A stretch of DNA of 64,000 nt from Macrostomum lignano (lineage: Eukaryota), in contig NIVC01003945.1 in assembly GCA_002269645.1 (NCBI GenBank), positions 4,441 through 68,440 on the forward strand, given 5' to 3'. The translations under genes and the position numbers were made by a program. This document shows, in pieces, positions 1 to 30,410 of this stretch (positions are counted from its first letter, which is position 1; each line of letters starts with the position of its first letter). Under the pieces are notes generated by a model, which was not told where the DNA came from, made no database searches, and saw nothing but the letters and a program-made list of their open reading frames with translations.

Positions 1-1901
1 GGTATGTAAAATACATTCAGCGTTATAGTACGAGTACTTAGTGGTATTTTAACTTAATATACTACTTATCTAATGGTAGGATTACATCAGCGCAAGGATG
101 GCCTTGGACGAGTTAAGAGGGAAGCGGCCCGAGATTCGGAATCGTGAAGCGGGTTATGAGATAAGATACTTTTTAGTTAGTAGTCACTAATCTATTATTT
201 AACGGGTGTATTGTGCCTTTTAGCAACTGTCCATGGATGACAGGCTATGGTGCTACAAAATGAATGGGCCTCCAAAGTTGTCGCACGAACGCATGACTCG
301 CTGCCGGAAGTAGAGGCCCGTCGAAGGGAGGTAAGACAAAATATTCATGCTTTTCTTGTCGCAGAATGCACTAATTAATCATGGAAGCCCGATTCTCCTT
401 TTAGGCCCAGGCTGCATGGGTGAGTGAGGAGGTACTTTTTTGTGAGGGTAAAATTTATGCTGTCTGTATGAAAATTAAATTATTTGTCTGATCTTTCTTG
501 AAATCTTAGGAGCGCGAGAGGCTGTTGTTCGCGGGATTTGTAACGAGGTGCTGATACAGCGTTAATATATTTAGTGTGAAACAAGTCTATTAATGTAGAC
601 CAGCTTTACTATATGCTGCCACACATTCCAGGCTGCGGGTGTTCCGTCCGGCGATCGGAATCCGGTACAGCCTATGACGGTCAGTGATACTTGCAAAATT
701 AAGAAAATAAAGGCTAAAATCTTATTTGAAATTCGTGTTACAACAAAAGTTATTAATGCAACCAATTTCAAATTCCGTGTCCGCCATTCGGTCGCGGAAA
801 TCCTCGCGGATAGTGATAGATACATTTCATAATCCTTGGTTTCAGGATGCGGGCCTGTCCAAGCCATTCCGCTCGAGGGGTTGAGTAGTCTTGAGCATAC
901 CTTTTGTTGGTACATTGCGGGCAAAGTTAGAGGAGGCTACTACTTTGGGGCAGGTTCGTTACAGACTGAGGTCTATCTATATACTTGTAAATACATGATT
1001 GTGTGTAACTTTGGTTTAGTGCAGGGTTGTTCGTATGTGCTTGTTTATTCTTTTAGTTTTGTGTGCAGTATAATCCTTAATCCGTTAGTTCCGAGTCGTT
1101 TGTTCATTGCAATGGTTTGCTAGCGGGGGACTGTGTCTCATTATCGGAAAATGACTCGTTTGTTAAGGAATGGAGAGGAGACGGTGATACATTCGGGATT
1201 TGAGTTTGCGGTGGTGTGGTTTTTTCTGCGGTATGTTTGACAGCTTAATTGTATGGGTATACGTGTAACTATGCTATAAATTCCCTCTCATATCGACTTT
1301 CCAAGGATCGAAATGCAAGTAACTTGCTTAGGGACTACGATGCCAGCTGGCCGGGAGGGAGGGGGAGGGCGGCAGACCGCAGGCGGAACCGCGGTGACTA
1401 CGTTCGCTGTGCCAACTCCTGTCGGCCCACGGGGGGCGCTCAGGGGTATTTCTAGTATGACTTAATCAAGTGTTTAGCTTTTATTTTTACTTATTGTATT
1501 ACGGTAAATTTTATTAGTGAATTCTATTTGTGTTTGCTCACTCGTTGTTGTTGTGACTTTTTTCGCCGTCTACTTTTCTACATGTTAACATAGTACGGTA
1601 AATTTATTAATGAATGCTTTTTATATAATGAATTTGGTTACTTCGTTGTTTTGTCTTCTTTCGCCGTCTACTTTTTGCATGTTACCATCTACTGTAAACT
1701 TGCTTGCGCGCTATTATTTCTACGTGTAAAAATACATGTACAGTACATTGGCCTAGCCGTATTCGTTATTAAAATGTGCGGAGCTATGAGTTATGCCTCA
1801 ATTATTCTACATGTACTGGGGGGGGGGTAAATGGCGCGATAACGGAGAATTGAGCTTTAAGTTAAATATTAATTTACTGGAAGTGGCATAAGCTGCATAC
1901 G

Positions 1902-2562
1902 GCATACGCACCTCCTGCCACCCGACCTGACGAGGCTCAAGAATTATTTGAGCAGCTCTCGGTACAGGTGAAGGTAACGGCGCAGCGCGACACAGCGATA
2001 ATCCTCGTAGACCCGAATGCGGTTTTGCATAGGTCCGAGCGGTCGCAAAGTGCAGGCTCGCAACTTTTTTGGGTTGCAAGCGCAGGCGGCGGAACGCGCG
2101 TGGCCGGAACGCAACACGGAGGCAGGCACTTTTTTTATTAGAGGCAGGGGGTTGTGTGCACCCTGGCGCACTTTAAGCGACATGGGCGCACAATCGGCGA
2201 GAGGCATTGCTGCCCATTCCGCCGACTCCCCTGAGCAGGCACACAAGCGCGCGGATACGTACGCAGGCACACACACACAGGAGTGTACAGCGGCCCTAAC
2301 TTTATATTATCGTTAGGCATGTACACTTCACTGCGCCTTGGGGGGTTGACTCTCAAGGCCGTTAATTGCACGAGCAGAGCCAAGCCGAGATTCCAATTCA
2401 GCCCCAAATTGATGTGACTGCACTTGGAATCGAGCCTGGGTCGCTGGCACACCAGAGCCTGCGCTAGACCGCTGGGCTACGGCCCCCTTAGGGGGCAGGC
2501 ACAGCTCGATCATGTGCTGGTGCGCTTCTGCGAGCGCCGCCACGTCGTCAATTGCCGCGCCC
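1902..2562 (+). mobile_element. Degenerate RTE-like LINE fragment (APE endonuclease region), split by a SINE insertion
   Basis: Hand translation gives AYAPPATRPDEAQELFEQL...AIILVDPNA, then GCKRRRRNARGRNATRRQ, and after the insertion AQLDHVLVRFCERRHVVNCR. These match the APE motifs AYAP, GDFNA and xDHxL. Confidence 0.7.
2130..2493 (-). mobile_element. tRNA-derived SINE
   Basis: Minus strand has A-box TAGCCCAGCGG, B-box GGCTCGATTCC and an A-rich tail. Flanked by a 9-bp direct repeat ggcaggcac (2121-2129 and 2494-2502). A related copy lies at 51729-51914. Confidence 0.75.
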
Positions 2563-2739
2563 TATGGATTGCTAGTCTAGCGTATGGATTGCTAGTCTAG
2601 CCTATGGATTGCTAGTCTAGCCTATGGATTGCTAGTCTAGCCTATTGGATTGCTAGTCTAGCCTATGGATTGCTAGTCTAGCCTATGGATTGCTAGTCTA
2701 GCCTATGGATTGCTAGTCTAGCCTATGGATTGCTAGTCT
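2563..2739. repeat. 20-bp minisatellite (CTATGGATTGCTAGTCTAGC) x ~9, reverse complement of the 5541-7977 array
   Basis: Direct reading of tandem units. Confidence 0.95.
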
Positions 2740-2822
2740 GGTGGACACCAGTAATGGAACGGAATGGATCGCTAATCGAGTCACTAGAAGTGATCAAACG
2801 AAGCCATGTGCCAGTGGCTCAC

Positions 2823-2901
2823 CGTGGCGCAACTTGAAGAGCATCAAGAGAAACAGGCCGCAGCAGACAACTCGCCACTCGTGACTCCCTCTGCAAGCCA
2901 T
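2823..2901 (-). CDS. Inverted duplicate of cadherin exon 1 (signal peptide MACRGSHEWRVVCCGLFLLMLFKLRH), candidate first exon of a head-to-head paralog
   Basis: 2740-2923 is the reverse complement of 5357-5540 with a few mismatches. The ATG, the 79-nt reading frame and a phase-1 donor (g|gtgagc) are intact. Confidence 0.55.
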
Positions 2902-3649
2902 GCTGTGAGTTCGAACAAGAAAGTGCCGCGCTCTTCGGTCCCATCATCGACTCCTCGTCTGCGACCTTCGTCTTCGCGATCCGCTCTACCGTCCGCGGAA
3001 GCAGCCACCGCGGCGCTACTGCCGCGCGCTCAGGGACGCTAACGCGCACAGCCGCTTTGCTAGCGCTTTCAGCACTGCGCCCGGCGGCAAGCGTGGAGGT
3101 GTTGCATAATATTGATCAGTGTGATGCGACAAGTAACAAGCTGAATAGTGACAAGCTGCAAGTGTATGTGATTTTCGTTGCACACACGCACTTACAGTTC
3201 ACTGTGGATTTTTGAACTCCATGCGAATCACCAATAGCCGAAAAAGTTGCTCCAGTAGCAAGATAGCGTAGAGCGACACTAATCTGCTGCTATGGACTCA
3301 GAGCAAAATTGCACCCAGTCGGGTGCTGCAGACGCTTGCCAATCAGATGACACAGTTCGTCGACATGTTCCTCTCGCAACCGAAACCTCGATTGATGATC
3401 ATTGTAGTCAATATCAAATTCGAAATCTATACTTTCGTTGAATGTTCGGGGACGCTTAATTGGCTCCTCCGACGGAATCTTCGGAATCTGACTCGTAGAA
3501 CATTTTCGCTCAATGGATGTGATATGCTTTTCAACCGATTACAGGCTTGAATAGCTCGTGGTTCACTACTCAAATTGTCACTCTCGAATTTACTATGACA
3601 CTAGTCAACATTAGATTCTATGCAACAAACCGCTTGTAGCGCGACTAGT

Positions 3650-3940
3650 CACTATTCACTTGTAGCTTGTCGCCTACTTGTAACTAGTCAAGTCTCTATG
3701 CAACACAAGTCACCATTCACTATTCACTTGTAGCTTGTCGCCTACTTGTAACTAGTCAAGTCTCTATGCAACACAAGTCACCATTCACTATTCACTTGTA
3801 GCTTGTCGCCTACTTGTAACTAGTCAAGTCTCTATGCAACACAAGTCACCATTCACTATTCACTTGTAGCTTGTCGCCTACTTGTAACTAGTCAAGTCTC
3901 TATGCAACACAAGTCACAAGTCACTATTCACTTGTAACTT
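3650..3940. repeat. 68-bp tandem repeat x ~4
   Basis: cactattcacttgtagcttgtcgcc... recurs at 3650, 3718 and 3786. Confidence 0.9.
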
Positions 3941-5378
3941 GTAAAATACCATTTATCTTAAGTTATGTGTTATACGCATTATACGTTATGGAAGACTTCA
4001 GCCGTCATGAATTCTCTGGAAAATTGAAGCCCAGCTATATTGCAAATATATACATGTACGCTCGTAAATCAAAACTTTAAATACACACCTATAAATATTT
4101 CTAAACAAAAAGGACTTTTGAAATTTGCTAAGCAACTGTGACCAGCTCTTTAGTTCATCGGTTTCCAAACTTGAAACTTTCGGCCAGCTGAAAATTCCAG
4201 TTAAGTTTGCTGTAGGCATTCGCCGAATATGGCAATTTATGACGCATCACCGTCTTCAGTTCTTTTCTTCGCAGATCAGCAGTTTTACGCCCGTAACATC
4301 ATTACAAGTAAATTTTTGAAAATTCAGCACAAAGCATTCTCTGCCTTTCTCTCGCACTAGCTGGGAGCTTCGTCACTTTCCACTGCGTACGAGTTGTGCA
4401 GGGATGCGGTCTTGAAAAGTACATTGGGAAAATACACCAGAATTGGAGAAATTCTAGCCATGCAGGGAATTGGGAGAACAGATCCTACTGGGACTCCATC
4501 AGTGGGGTGCGCAGCCCGAAAGCCAGTCGCAATTTTTGTTGCCAGGGGCGCGGATGCGACCCGTGCGCAGACGGCGCCAACGGGGGCCGTTTTTTTTGCA
4601 TTGGAAAATGCAGCTCCAAGTCAACTATAAAGGGATTTTTGCAATGGGAGAATGGGAAGAGGAAAAAATTAGCAACTCCCACTCAAAGCCCCGCAAAGGC
4701 GGGGAGGAGGCTCCTGGCGGTCCCCAGGGCACTCATATTTCTTCTGCATTTCCTGCGCCGCCCGCCGCCACAAAGTCCTCCATCGGAGGCCGGGCCCGCC
4801 CATGCAGTGTGCCAGGGGCTGGCACTGAATCTCAGCCAATCGTTGGCTCACCTGGTTGCTCATAAACCCCCCCCCCCGGCTTTATTGGCAGATTTTCTCT
4901 GTTTCTACATGAATGATTTGCATTTGCTGACGCATCCTCTGGGCCAGTTTAGAGTGAAGAAACGAGTGCAGCAATTCTCTCCCCCCTCTATCTGGTTTCT
5001 CTTCTTCTTCAGCCATAAGTTTTCCCGTTTTTCCTGTTAAGCGGCTCTCACACCTCCACCAATAGCGCCAGCATTTCCCCAACTGCCCATGCCTACTCAT
5101 AACGGGATCGTAGTGAGTGTGTCTGTGCGCTGAGCAGGGAGCCCTGAGTTGCCCCCAGCAACCGCTTTGATGATGGCAGACCGGTAGGGGGGGGGCGAAT
5201 CCGGTGCTGCGCGCGCTGCGGGAACAAAATGCATGCTAAAATTGACCGGCAACATGACTTTCGACAACAATAGGAGGGAGAGCTTGGGCAAAGCTGATCC
5301 GCTACGGTTCCGTGAGAGTCAGGTGCTCAGGCTTCACCTTCACCTTCTGGCCAGCTCTTTCTTGTTCGAACTCACAGC

Positions 5379-21810
<16,432 letters not shown>

Positions 21811-22419
21811 ATCTCCAACCGAAAAGGATGTCTGCGCATTGCTGATTTAATCAAGGATGGGGCGCGGCTGCGACTGCTTTTTTCCTTCCTGCTTTTGGAT
21901 CTTCCTAAATAAGACATTATATTGTAGAAAACACTTGTCAGAGTTTAATAATATTTTTTCAGTCATTTACTTTGGATTGATGAAAGTCTTATTAGATTAC
22001 AAGGATAGACAACAGATGAGTTCAAGCTCTTTCTTCTCCTCCCTGTTTTTAAGGTGTCATATTGCTGCGCTGTTCTGATTCCCATATCTGCTGGCGGGAC
22101 AAAATTCCCATCTCGCTGCGCTCCCAGCATTCAAAAGCATGGCGCTCGAGCTGTCTCCCAAATACCGTGTGTATTTTTTCAATCTGAGGAAATTAAATAG
22201 CTTAATCCGCTTTTCCTGTTTGAAGTGCCTGAAAGAATCCCGCTGTCCCTATAATATAGGGCACCGCACATGTATTGTAAAATACATGTATATACGGACA
22301 GAATCTTCGTACAGCGCTTCTCTGTGGTAGACTAATGTTTCTGTTCGAAAAAAAGTGTGAATTTGACAGTACATTGACAACGGATAGGACAAGAAAAGGC
22401 CAGGGGATAAGACAAGATG

Positions 22420-23272
22420 GACAGTGGACAGAAAAATGCACAGACAGTGTACAGGACAGTGGACAGGACAGGATACAGTGGACAGGACATGATACAGTGG
22501 ACAGGACAAGATACAGTGGACAGGACAAGATACAGTGGACAGGACAAGACACAGTGGACAGGACAAGACACAATGGACAGGACAAGACACAGTGGACAGG
22601 ACAAGACACAGTGGACAGGACAAGACACAGTGGACAGGACAAGACACAGTGGACAGGACAAGACACAGTGGACAGGACAAGACACAGTGGACAGGACAAG
22701 ACACAGTGGACAGGACAAGACACAGTGGACAGGACAAGACACAGTGGACAGGACAAGACACAGTGGACAGGACAAGACACAGTGGACAGGACAAGACACA
22801 GACAGGAAACAGGATAAGACACAGTGGACAGGACAAGACACAGTGGACAGGACAAGACACAGACAGGAAACAGGACAAGACACAGTGGGCAGGACAAGAC
22901 ACAGTGGACAGGACAAGACACAGTGGACAGGACAAGACACAGTGGACAGGACAAGACACAGACAGGAAACAGGAAAAGACACAGACAGGAAAAAGGACAA
23001 GACACAGTGGACAGGACAAGACACAGACAGGAAACAGGACAAGACACAGTGGACAGGACAAGACACAGTGGACAGGACAAGACACAGACAGGAAACAGGA
23101 CAAGACACAGTGGACAGGACAAGACACAGACAGGAAACGGGACAAGACACAGTGGACAGGACAAGACACAGACAGGAAACAGGACAAGACACAGACAGGA
23201 AACAGGACAAGACACAGTGGACAGGACAAGACACAGTGGACAGGACAAGACACAGACAGGAAACAGGACAAG
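22420..23272. repeat. 19-bp purine-rich minisatellite (GGACAGGACAAGACACAGT) with variants
   Basis: Direct reading. Confidence 0.95.
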
Positions 23273-25847
23273 AGGGAGATATACCCGAGCAGCACAAGAA
23301 TATCAAGGACAGGCAATGAGATAAAACGGAATCGATATCAGAGCAGTCCCCAAGAGACTGATCAATTGGCTAAGAGAGACAAAGTCCACGCCAATCTGAA
23401 GTCCGAATCTCCTACGGCCTCTTAGACAGACGGGCCTCTGAAACTCGAATAGTCGAGTTGAACACGGGAGCAAAAGCCAATGTCAGACAATCGCTTCAGT
23501 GTCTCGTCAAACGATTGCCTCAATCAATGGGATTCTGTGCCTAACAGCCCTCTCGTTTCCAGCAGCTCTCCTTTGGCCAGGCCGCATGCCAGAAGAGATT
23601 TTCTGCACGCCTCTCCTATGCCTGAAAATCGATGTTTCCGTAAAAGCTCAAAATGGCTCAGTCTCCGTGTCTTGTCTCGCTTGTATGCTTGTTTTGCCCA
23701 AATATGAGACGATGTCTCAGCAAATTCCATCTGTGCTGCATCCCGCTACCCATCTCCTGTCTATCAGCAGTCGCAGCCACCGATTCTTGCAGAAGCTTCC
23801 CAGCCTCAGAGCTCTTATTGCTGATGGAGCTGCAACATGACCAATTTAAACACCTGCAGGTTCCGCTGCAGAACTGCCCGATCCGTGGTATACGGAAATG
23901 CGCAAAATGTGGCCCCAAACAGAGTACTTCTCGCAGCAGAGTTCTATTTTAGGATTTTGCCTGAGGCTACTTTACGGCTGAAATTTTATAGACTCCAATA
24001 TTTTGCTCAATGGGTGCGCTGGCGTCCCCTGCGGATGCGATAAAAATCTGTCTGGGATCTCAAATGCAGCACAAAGGAAAAGTCAAAACAGCTCAGGGGG
24101 CACGGAAGCTCGCAGCATCTCAATTTGATAGCGCTGAGCACTCTGAGGCTGCGGACTAATCTTCTGCCTGAGACTTGAGCATAGGCTGATCAGGGTTCTG
24201 CAGCAGTCATCTGGCCCGTGCGCTCTTTATTTATCATCCAGACGTTCAATTTCTAAATTAAATACTTCGTTTTAATGTTTTTAGACCTAAAATTGCACTT
24301 AACGAACTTGAAAATTGACTGACACTCGGAATGCAATTATGAGAAATGATTTGGAAAGACTGCCGAACAACTGAAGAAAGGTGAGCAGGAAAAACAAGGC
24401 ATTGAAAAACAGCTATTAAGTAGGCGGATAATTTATAATCATAAAAGGAGATGCGATGACAGATTGACCGCATGAATGAAATCTGAACGAACTTAATAAT
24501 TAGGCAGCAGAACAGGCACCCTGTAATCTCATCAGCCAGAACAATGGCGGTAATGAGAAAAGATTGTTCATCATTAGCTTGGCTAATTGCAATGAGTGGT
24601 TGACAGCCCTCGCTTTTTGTTGAAAGTCAAAAGATCAAAGAGAGCACCGTAGCTGGAGTACAAATAAATCAACTGGATAAAACTTACCCCCAGTGCTGAC
24701 TGATTGCTGTTGCTCTCCTTGGCCAAGAGGGTCACTAAGCCCTAGGACGATGCAACATTCACTACTCTCACTACTCACTACTCAATTATTTGGGATGATT
24801 TCAAGGTGACAGGAACAAACGCTTGGCTGAACCGAAGGTCCCCGCGTGCGGTGGGAGATAATTGGAGCTTTACTGAGCATACTGACCCGTGTTGGTGCGC
24901 AAGTCTTCGGTAGACAAGCAGTCATTGCGGGCCCGAACCTCCTGAGGCCTCAGCAGCCTGTTCTCTATTAGAGAAACATGTGCACAAACCCCAAAATGAC
25001 ACCGCTAGGAATTTGAGGCGGTAACCAGGGACTAATTCGAACCAGGACTGGCGACTTTTTCAAGCCAAGAAAAGTTATTCGGGTCAGGTGGAGCAGCCGC
25101 AGGAAAGTACTTATATTAGCTGAATCGAAATCAATTTTAGCTATTTTATTACTCACATGCTGCAGGCCAGACTGCTTCCCAAGCTGTGAGATTCTTTTAT
25201 CCCTTTGTCTAACTCCGCTAACTTTATTACAGTGAACTCTCTTAGCACTATTCAGCGAGTCTAGGATAGGTTTCTGAGATCCCTACCAGCTGCTGCACAG
25301 ACTCGTAATTAGGCCTTTGTAGTGCCGCCCGGGACCAGGATTCCACTGCTCCTGTCTGTTTATCCAGCAGACTCCGCTGTGATACCTCTATAGCGTACTA
25401 ATTGAATGCATTAGGAGCCAACGCCAGTTTCCTACGGAGAGATCCTTATTACCAAGCCATGCCCTGCTCAGCTCAGACACGCGGCACACAAATGAGCAGA
25501 AATGAAAGAGAATAAGAACCGGGAAGCAAATATGAAGTAAAGCAATTTTCTGCGTCGCCGTAGGGCAAGTGCTGATAAGTTATATTTCCGAGTATATACT
25601 GCATCTGTTGGTCCGCAGACTGTGCAGTAGAATGAGATTGTGCGCAAAGTATATTTGCAGTCTGCGCAAAACAAATAGTTCCACCAGCCTACTTGCATTA
25701 TATAGCAAATTCTACACAACATTGGTTACCATGCATATCAGACAGAAGACACCGAGCTCGCATGACTATATTTTGCAAAGGATAGCTACAACAGCGACAC
25801 TTCAGTTTGCACTGATCATCAGTTCAGTGTCGGCAGGATCCAAACGG

Positions 25848-27035
25848 TCACTGCTCCAAGACTTCAACAATTGCAGCTTTAAAATCTGACTGCAGCGAAG
25901 GGGGCAGCGGCTTCGTCTGAGCCGGCTGCAGAGGCGGCCGTTGCTGCAGCGGGGCGCTGGGCCGATGCAGTGTCCGTCCGGTGGATCGGCAGAAGGCGGC
26001 CCCGCCGCTGCCGCCCGAGTCCACGCCGCGCTGAAAGATCTGGCAGAAATTCTTGCGAAAATTCTCCGAGCTGAAAAAGTACACGAACCCGTTGATGCCG
26101 TTGTTTAGCGAGGCGAGCATTACGAACAGCAGGCCGGCTGTGTAGGCCTGTTCGCGCATGTTGGATTTCCAACTGTACGTTGCCTCAAGAATCTCAAAGA
26201 CGCACTGCGGCATGGTGAGCAGGATGTGTATGATGCACACGGGCACCAGGAGGCGATTCACGTGCGTGCCCGTGGTGGTCGCGGCTGAAGGTCGCGTTGA
26301 AGCGCTGCTGCTTTTGTGGCAGAGCGACCTGCGCTGCTGCAGGTTCTGAGCTTGATGGTGGCATCCGCTGGATATCGACATCTGCTGCCGGCGCCGGTTG
26401 GCTCTGGCGATGATGCGGATGAGTGTCACGTTGAAGACGGTCAGCAGCAGGAAGGGCAGCAGGCTGTACAAGCTCAGCGTCGTGATGAAGAACGCGAGGC
26501 GGAATTTCTTATCGTTGCTGTCGCACCTGTCCACTCTGATACCGTCGTTGTAGCGAATAACGCTCAGCTTGAATATGATGACCACGTTCTTGGCGAGCAG
26601 GATCAGCATTGAGCAGGACCACACCGCCAGCTTGAGTCTTCGGCGGTAGTACAGACTGGACTTGTGCGGCCATTTGGCGAACAAGAACCGTTCAAGAGTC
26701 ATCAGCACGAGTATCCAAGTAGCCGCCTCCTTGAGGAAGTAGGTGAGGAAGGTGTGCACAACGCAGAGAAAATCGCTCTCAAGCCTGATGTCCCGCTTCG
26801 ACTGGGTGGCCAGCATGATGAAGTAGCGGATGGGGTTCACCAGCAGCACGCAGGTGTCGGCCACCGCCAGCAGGGTGAAGACATCGCGGGACTTGGACAT
26901 GCTTCGAGTTCGCCGCATCACAACAATGACCATTATGTTGGACAGGCAGCCTATCAGCATCAGAGTGGGATAGTAGGCCATGCCGAACACTCGAATTTGC
27001 CACGGCAGGCTCCCATTCGCGCTCGAATTGCTCAT
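25848..27035 (-). CDS. Intronless class A (rhodopsin-family) GPCR, FMRFamide/peptide-receptor-like, 395 aa
   Basis: Seven hydrophobic segments. TM1 GCLSN, TM2 LAVAD, TM3 cysteine and ERF (DRY-equivalent), ECL2 cysteine, TM5 LLPF, TM6 LTMP, TM7 NNGINGFVY, helix 8 FRKNF. N-terminal NxS sequons. Confidence 0.92.
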   Translation of the reverse strand: MSNSSANGSLPWQIRVFGMAYYPTLMLIGCLSNIMVIVVMRRTRSMSKSRDVFTLLAVADTCVLLVNPIRYFIMLATQSKRDIRLESDFLCVVHTFLTYFLKEAATWILVLMTLERFLFAKWPHKSSLYYRRRLKLAVWSCSMLILLAKNVVIIFKLSVIRYNDGIRVDRCDSNDKKFRLAFFITTLSLYSLLPFLLLTVFNVTLIRIIARANRRRQQMSISSGCHHQAQNLQQRRSLCHKSSSASTRPSAATTTGTHVNRLLVPVCIIHILLTMPQCVFEILEATYSWKSNMREQAYTAGLLFVMLASLNNGINGFVYFFSSENFRKNFCQIFQRGVDSGGSGGAAFCRSTGRTLHRPSAPLQQRPPLQPAQTKPLPPSLQSDFKAAIVEVLEQ

Positions 27036-29949
27036 GCGAAGCTTTTTTTGCCTTAGTTACCTGCAGTGAGAGCAATAAGGGACTATTATATCTGTCGCTG
27101 TCTCTCTCGAAAAGCGTTTGCCGAGAGGGTTTGTCTGAATTTTTGAACGAAAAAAGCGCGTTTTAAACAGTTTGGCCTCCCCCCCCGCCGGAACTCAACT
27201 GTAATCGCTCACCTCTCCGTCCCTGCAGCAGCTTCGCCAACCCCAAGCCCGGGCCAGCTCGATTGCCACTGGCTCTCCTCAGGCAAAGGAGGGACGGCGT
27301 CTAAACCATCCAGCGAATGGACGCCGTTCTCGGCGGTTAGCAGGGGCGAAAGGAAAATTGTCAGTTGCGAGGGCGTCTGCAGGGAACGGATTAGATGAGG
27401 GGCTTTGACGTTCTGCGGGGGCGGAGAGGTGGCTGCTGCGTAGGAGGAGAGCAGGGATAGAGGGAGGCAGCGGCAGGCACCTCGTGACTGTCAGCTCGAG
27501 TTGAAGCAGCAGCCGATGCTCCGCCCCTAATAATGTCAAGTCCCTCTGCCTATCCGTTTCTGCAATTTGCATATTCACCTTTCCTACAGGCGTCCCCTAG
27601 TAACGCTTTGAACTCATTCATAGTTGTGCGCGGCAAATTTCCCATAGGCTGTCAATAAAAGAAAAAAATCTTCTTAGAGCTATTGCTCCTTTGTTTTGTC
27701 ACCCGAGCGGAGAAAAATAACAATTTAGGCCGGCTAAATCATGCCGCAATGATGAATGGACCGCGCATTTTTTGTTATTCGAATGCACTGGCAAAATTTG
27801 GTCAGCTCAACTGAAAACCTAGTAATTTATGACTAGGTTAGGTCCACGGCAAGAGCACTAGCATCAATGTGAATTCAAAAAACCTTTTCCGACCTGCCCG
27901 GAGATATGCATGTCGGTTAACAGCATAACAGTTAAGGAAATGCTTCTCCGGTCAACCGCTGGCTTCTGTACCGAAGGTTGGACCTCCAATTGGGGGTTTT
28001 TGCACGCATATTTTTTCTGCTGATTACCTTGTGTCTTACTGTAGTGTCAGCTTGCGTGTCGCTGTAGCAATTTTTCCACTCGAGCGGTCTGTTTGTAAAC
28101 TTTCCTCCGATGAACTTGAGGAACTTTATCTTCCCGTCTTGTTTTTGCCTGACAGCCAGAGCCTGAAATTAATGATCGTGCAGCTGAGAGGCGGGCTGGG
28201 ACTCTCCGAAGCACGTAATCCGTGACTTCTGGAGCAGTTTTATTGTAACGACATTTTTGGATATTTTGTCCGCAGTAAATCACAAGTCCACAAATCAAGA
28301 ATCTTGAATGTTGAAAACACAGAAAAATATGCAATATTTTAAAGCTATTGAGACCGTGCCTCTGTAGATACAAATTTGACTCCAACGAGTATTAGACAGC
28401 TCAATGCCCAGACCACGAGGCCAACACAAGGGCGCACCTATCACTGCGCCTGCACCTGCTGCAGCAGAACGTGCTTCTTTTGACGCTACAGGGGCAGCGC
28501 TATGATCTACCTGGCAAACTGCAGTCGCAGGAGGGCTTTGAAATAAGACAAAAGTCAGCCAGCAGCCAGCAAGGAGGCAGAGACATGCCCATTTTTAACC
28601 CTCGGCACGCAAAGTCATATGGATGCGTACACAGGTACTCTTTCATACAGAAGGGACGCATGCGCACTGTGAGCTTTGGGGGCTGGCACTATTGGCGTCA
28701 ATCGCTCGGGAAGCCTTAGGCAAGGAATCGAACCCAAGGTCTGTATAAGTACAATTGCCGGGCACGCTTTCACTCTACTTCTCTGCCCCCGCGTCATCTG
28801 GCTGATGACTCACGAGGTGATCCCGAATGAATTTTCGGCAGGAGCAGGTCCGATCCTTCTACGTCTTTGCGTGGGAATCGGAACTGGTTTTTTGGCCGGT
28901 CACGTGATTTTGCTTCGCTTTTAGCGAGCCAGCTGGAGCAAATATAGCTGCTTTGCCTTTTCTAAAGGGCTTCTCAAATTATTCAAGAAGCCGCAATAAC
29001 AAAAATGCAGCCCTGTTTCATCCGATAGACTGCTACTACAAGCTTTCACTCAAATTAGGTTACTTTCTCTGAATATATTAAAAATAGCTAACTCTGCGCT
29101 GAAATCCTAAATTTCCTCCGTTGAAAGTGTAAGACGTCTTCTCCGCTCGCTGTATTCATTAGTCTATGGTCCGAGTTACATTTGAAGTTGATTCGCCGAG
29201 AATTTCTCGTTTCTGAAAAACTCGGAATTTGCCTTAACTTGCATTGATGCTGCTATGCATATGCAAATGCTATGCAGCTATCGAAAGCGTTGTCAAAAAT
29301 CTGTTCTCAACTGTGCCAACTGCCGACACGACACACAACACGACAGTCTTCGGCGAACATGCGACTAAGGCTGGTGGAAGGAGGCGTAAGCAAAGCGATA
29401 GCCGCTCAAACGATAGAACGAATTAGCAAAAAGGCGGCAGAACACACATTTACGTACATGTAATTCGGAAAATAATACATGTATGTCAGCTGTACTCTAG
29501 TCCGAGCGTGCCATAGACGGCTGGCAGAGCGCCTCGGCTACATGGCGCGCGCGCGCCAATGCATGATTAAATTGAGTGCTCGCAGGATCAACTAGGCTGC
29601 AAAATTCTATAATGAGAATGGAGTGCCAAGGTAGTGTGGCTCTGAATGCTTTTAGTTGAATTTTCAATCTCTACTAAAGAGGGACTCTGATAAAGAGTGC
29701 AGTAAATGCGTATTCAATAATTCAGTCCAGAATTGGCAAGTGAAGCGAATTGACTGCGCGCTTTGATGGATGGAAAATCACAAGATATTTTTCCATTTTA
29801 CCAATTAACAAGGATGAATACGGAATTAAGTGCATTAGAGGACATGCAGGGTTCAATGCTGAGGTCATAGAGGTAACGAGGAAGCAATCTGGCGTTGTAC
29901 TGCGACACAAAAGCTGTAAAAGAGGTACCGCGGCCTGTCAAACTTCTTC

Positions 29950-30410
29950 GAGATATTCTCTGGGTGCTCCAAGGAGATACGTTAGCGCCGTTTCTGTTCC
30001 TTCTGGTGTTTGACTGGGCGTTGCGAACTGCTCTGCCTTGCAACACGGACGGCTTTCTTCTGCGGCGACGCCGAAACTTTGAGGCTGACGGATTCGCTCG
30101 AACAGCAAGTTGACGCCTTCTGCCCGCCACCTTCAAGATTGCTAACGAGTGAACCAATACGGCGTTCTATCGCTGCGACGCCCTGGCCAATTCAAGCGAC
30201 TCTAGCTGGCAGGCCACATCATCCGTAACCGAGTCTTGTTGCCCACAACCGGTGCAGGAGGTGCGGCTGCTGACGCTGCTGGCACCCTACCGGCGAGGAC
30301 AGGCGCGTGCTCTTTGCGTTTCAGATGCTGCATTCTGGCTGACGTCGGAGCGGCCTATATTCGTGCACAAACCCTAAGGCGGGTATTGTGACGCTGCTAT
30401 GACTGTCTAC
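29950..30410 (+). mobile_element. Degenerate RTE-type LINE, RT fragment and 3' region
   Basis: VLQGDTLAPFLFLLVFDWALR is the RT motif 4 pattern of RTE elements. LAGH-like and 3'-end-like sequence follow, with deletions. Confidence 0.75.

Noticed and set aside
1-1500. Short spliced-looking segments on both strands
   Set aside because: Could not build a consistent reading frame or recognise a family.
4396-5040. 214-aa ORF with YMNDL, a possible RT (DIRS-like) remnant
   Set aside because: Only one loose motif; the other RT motifs are not convincing.
22202-23425. Long Cys-rich or TGQD-repeat ORFs on both strands
   Set aside because: Translation artefacts of a 19-bp minisatellite open in several frames.
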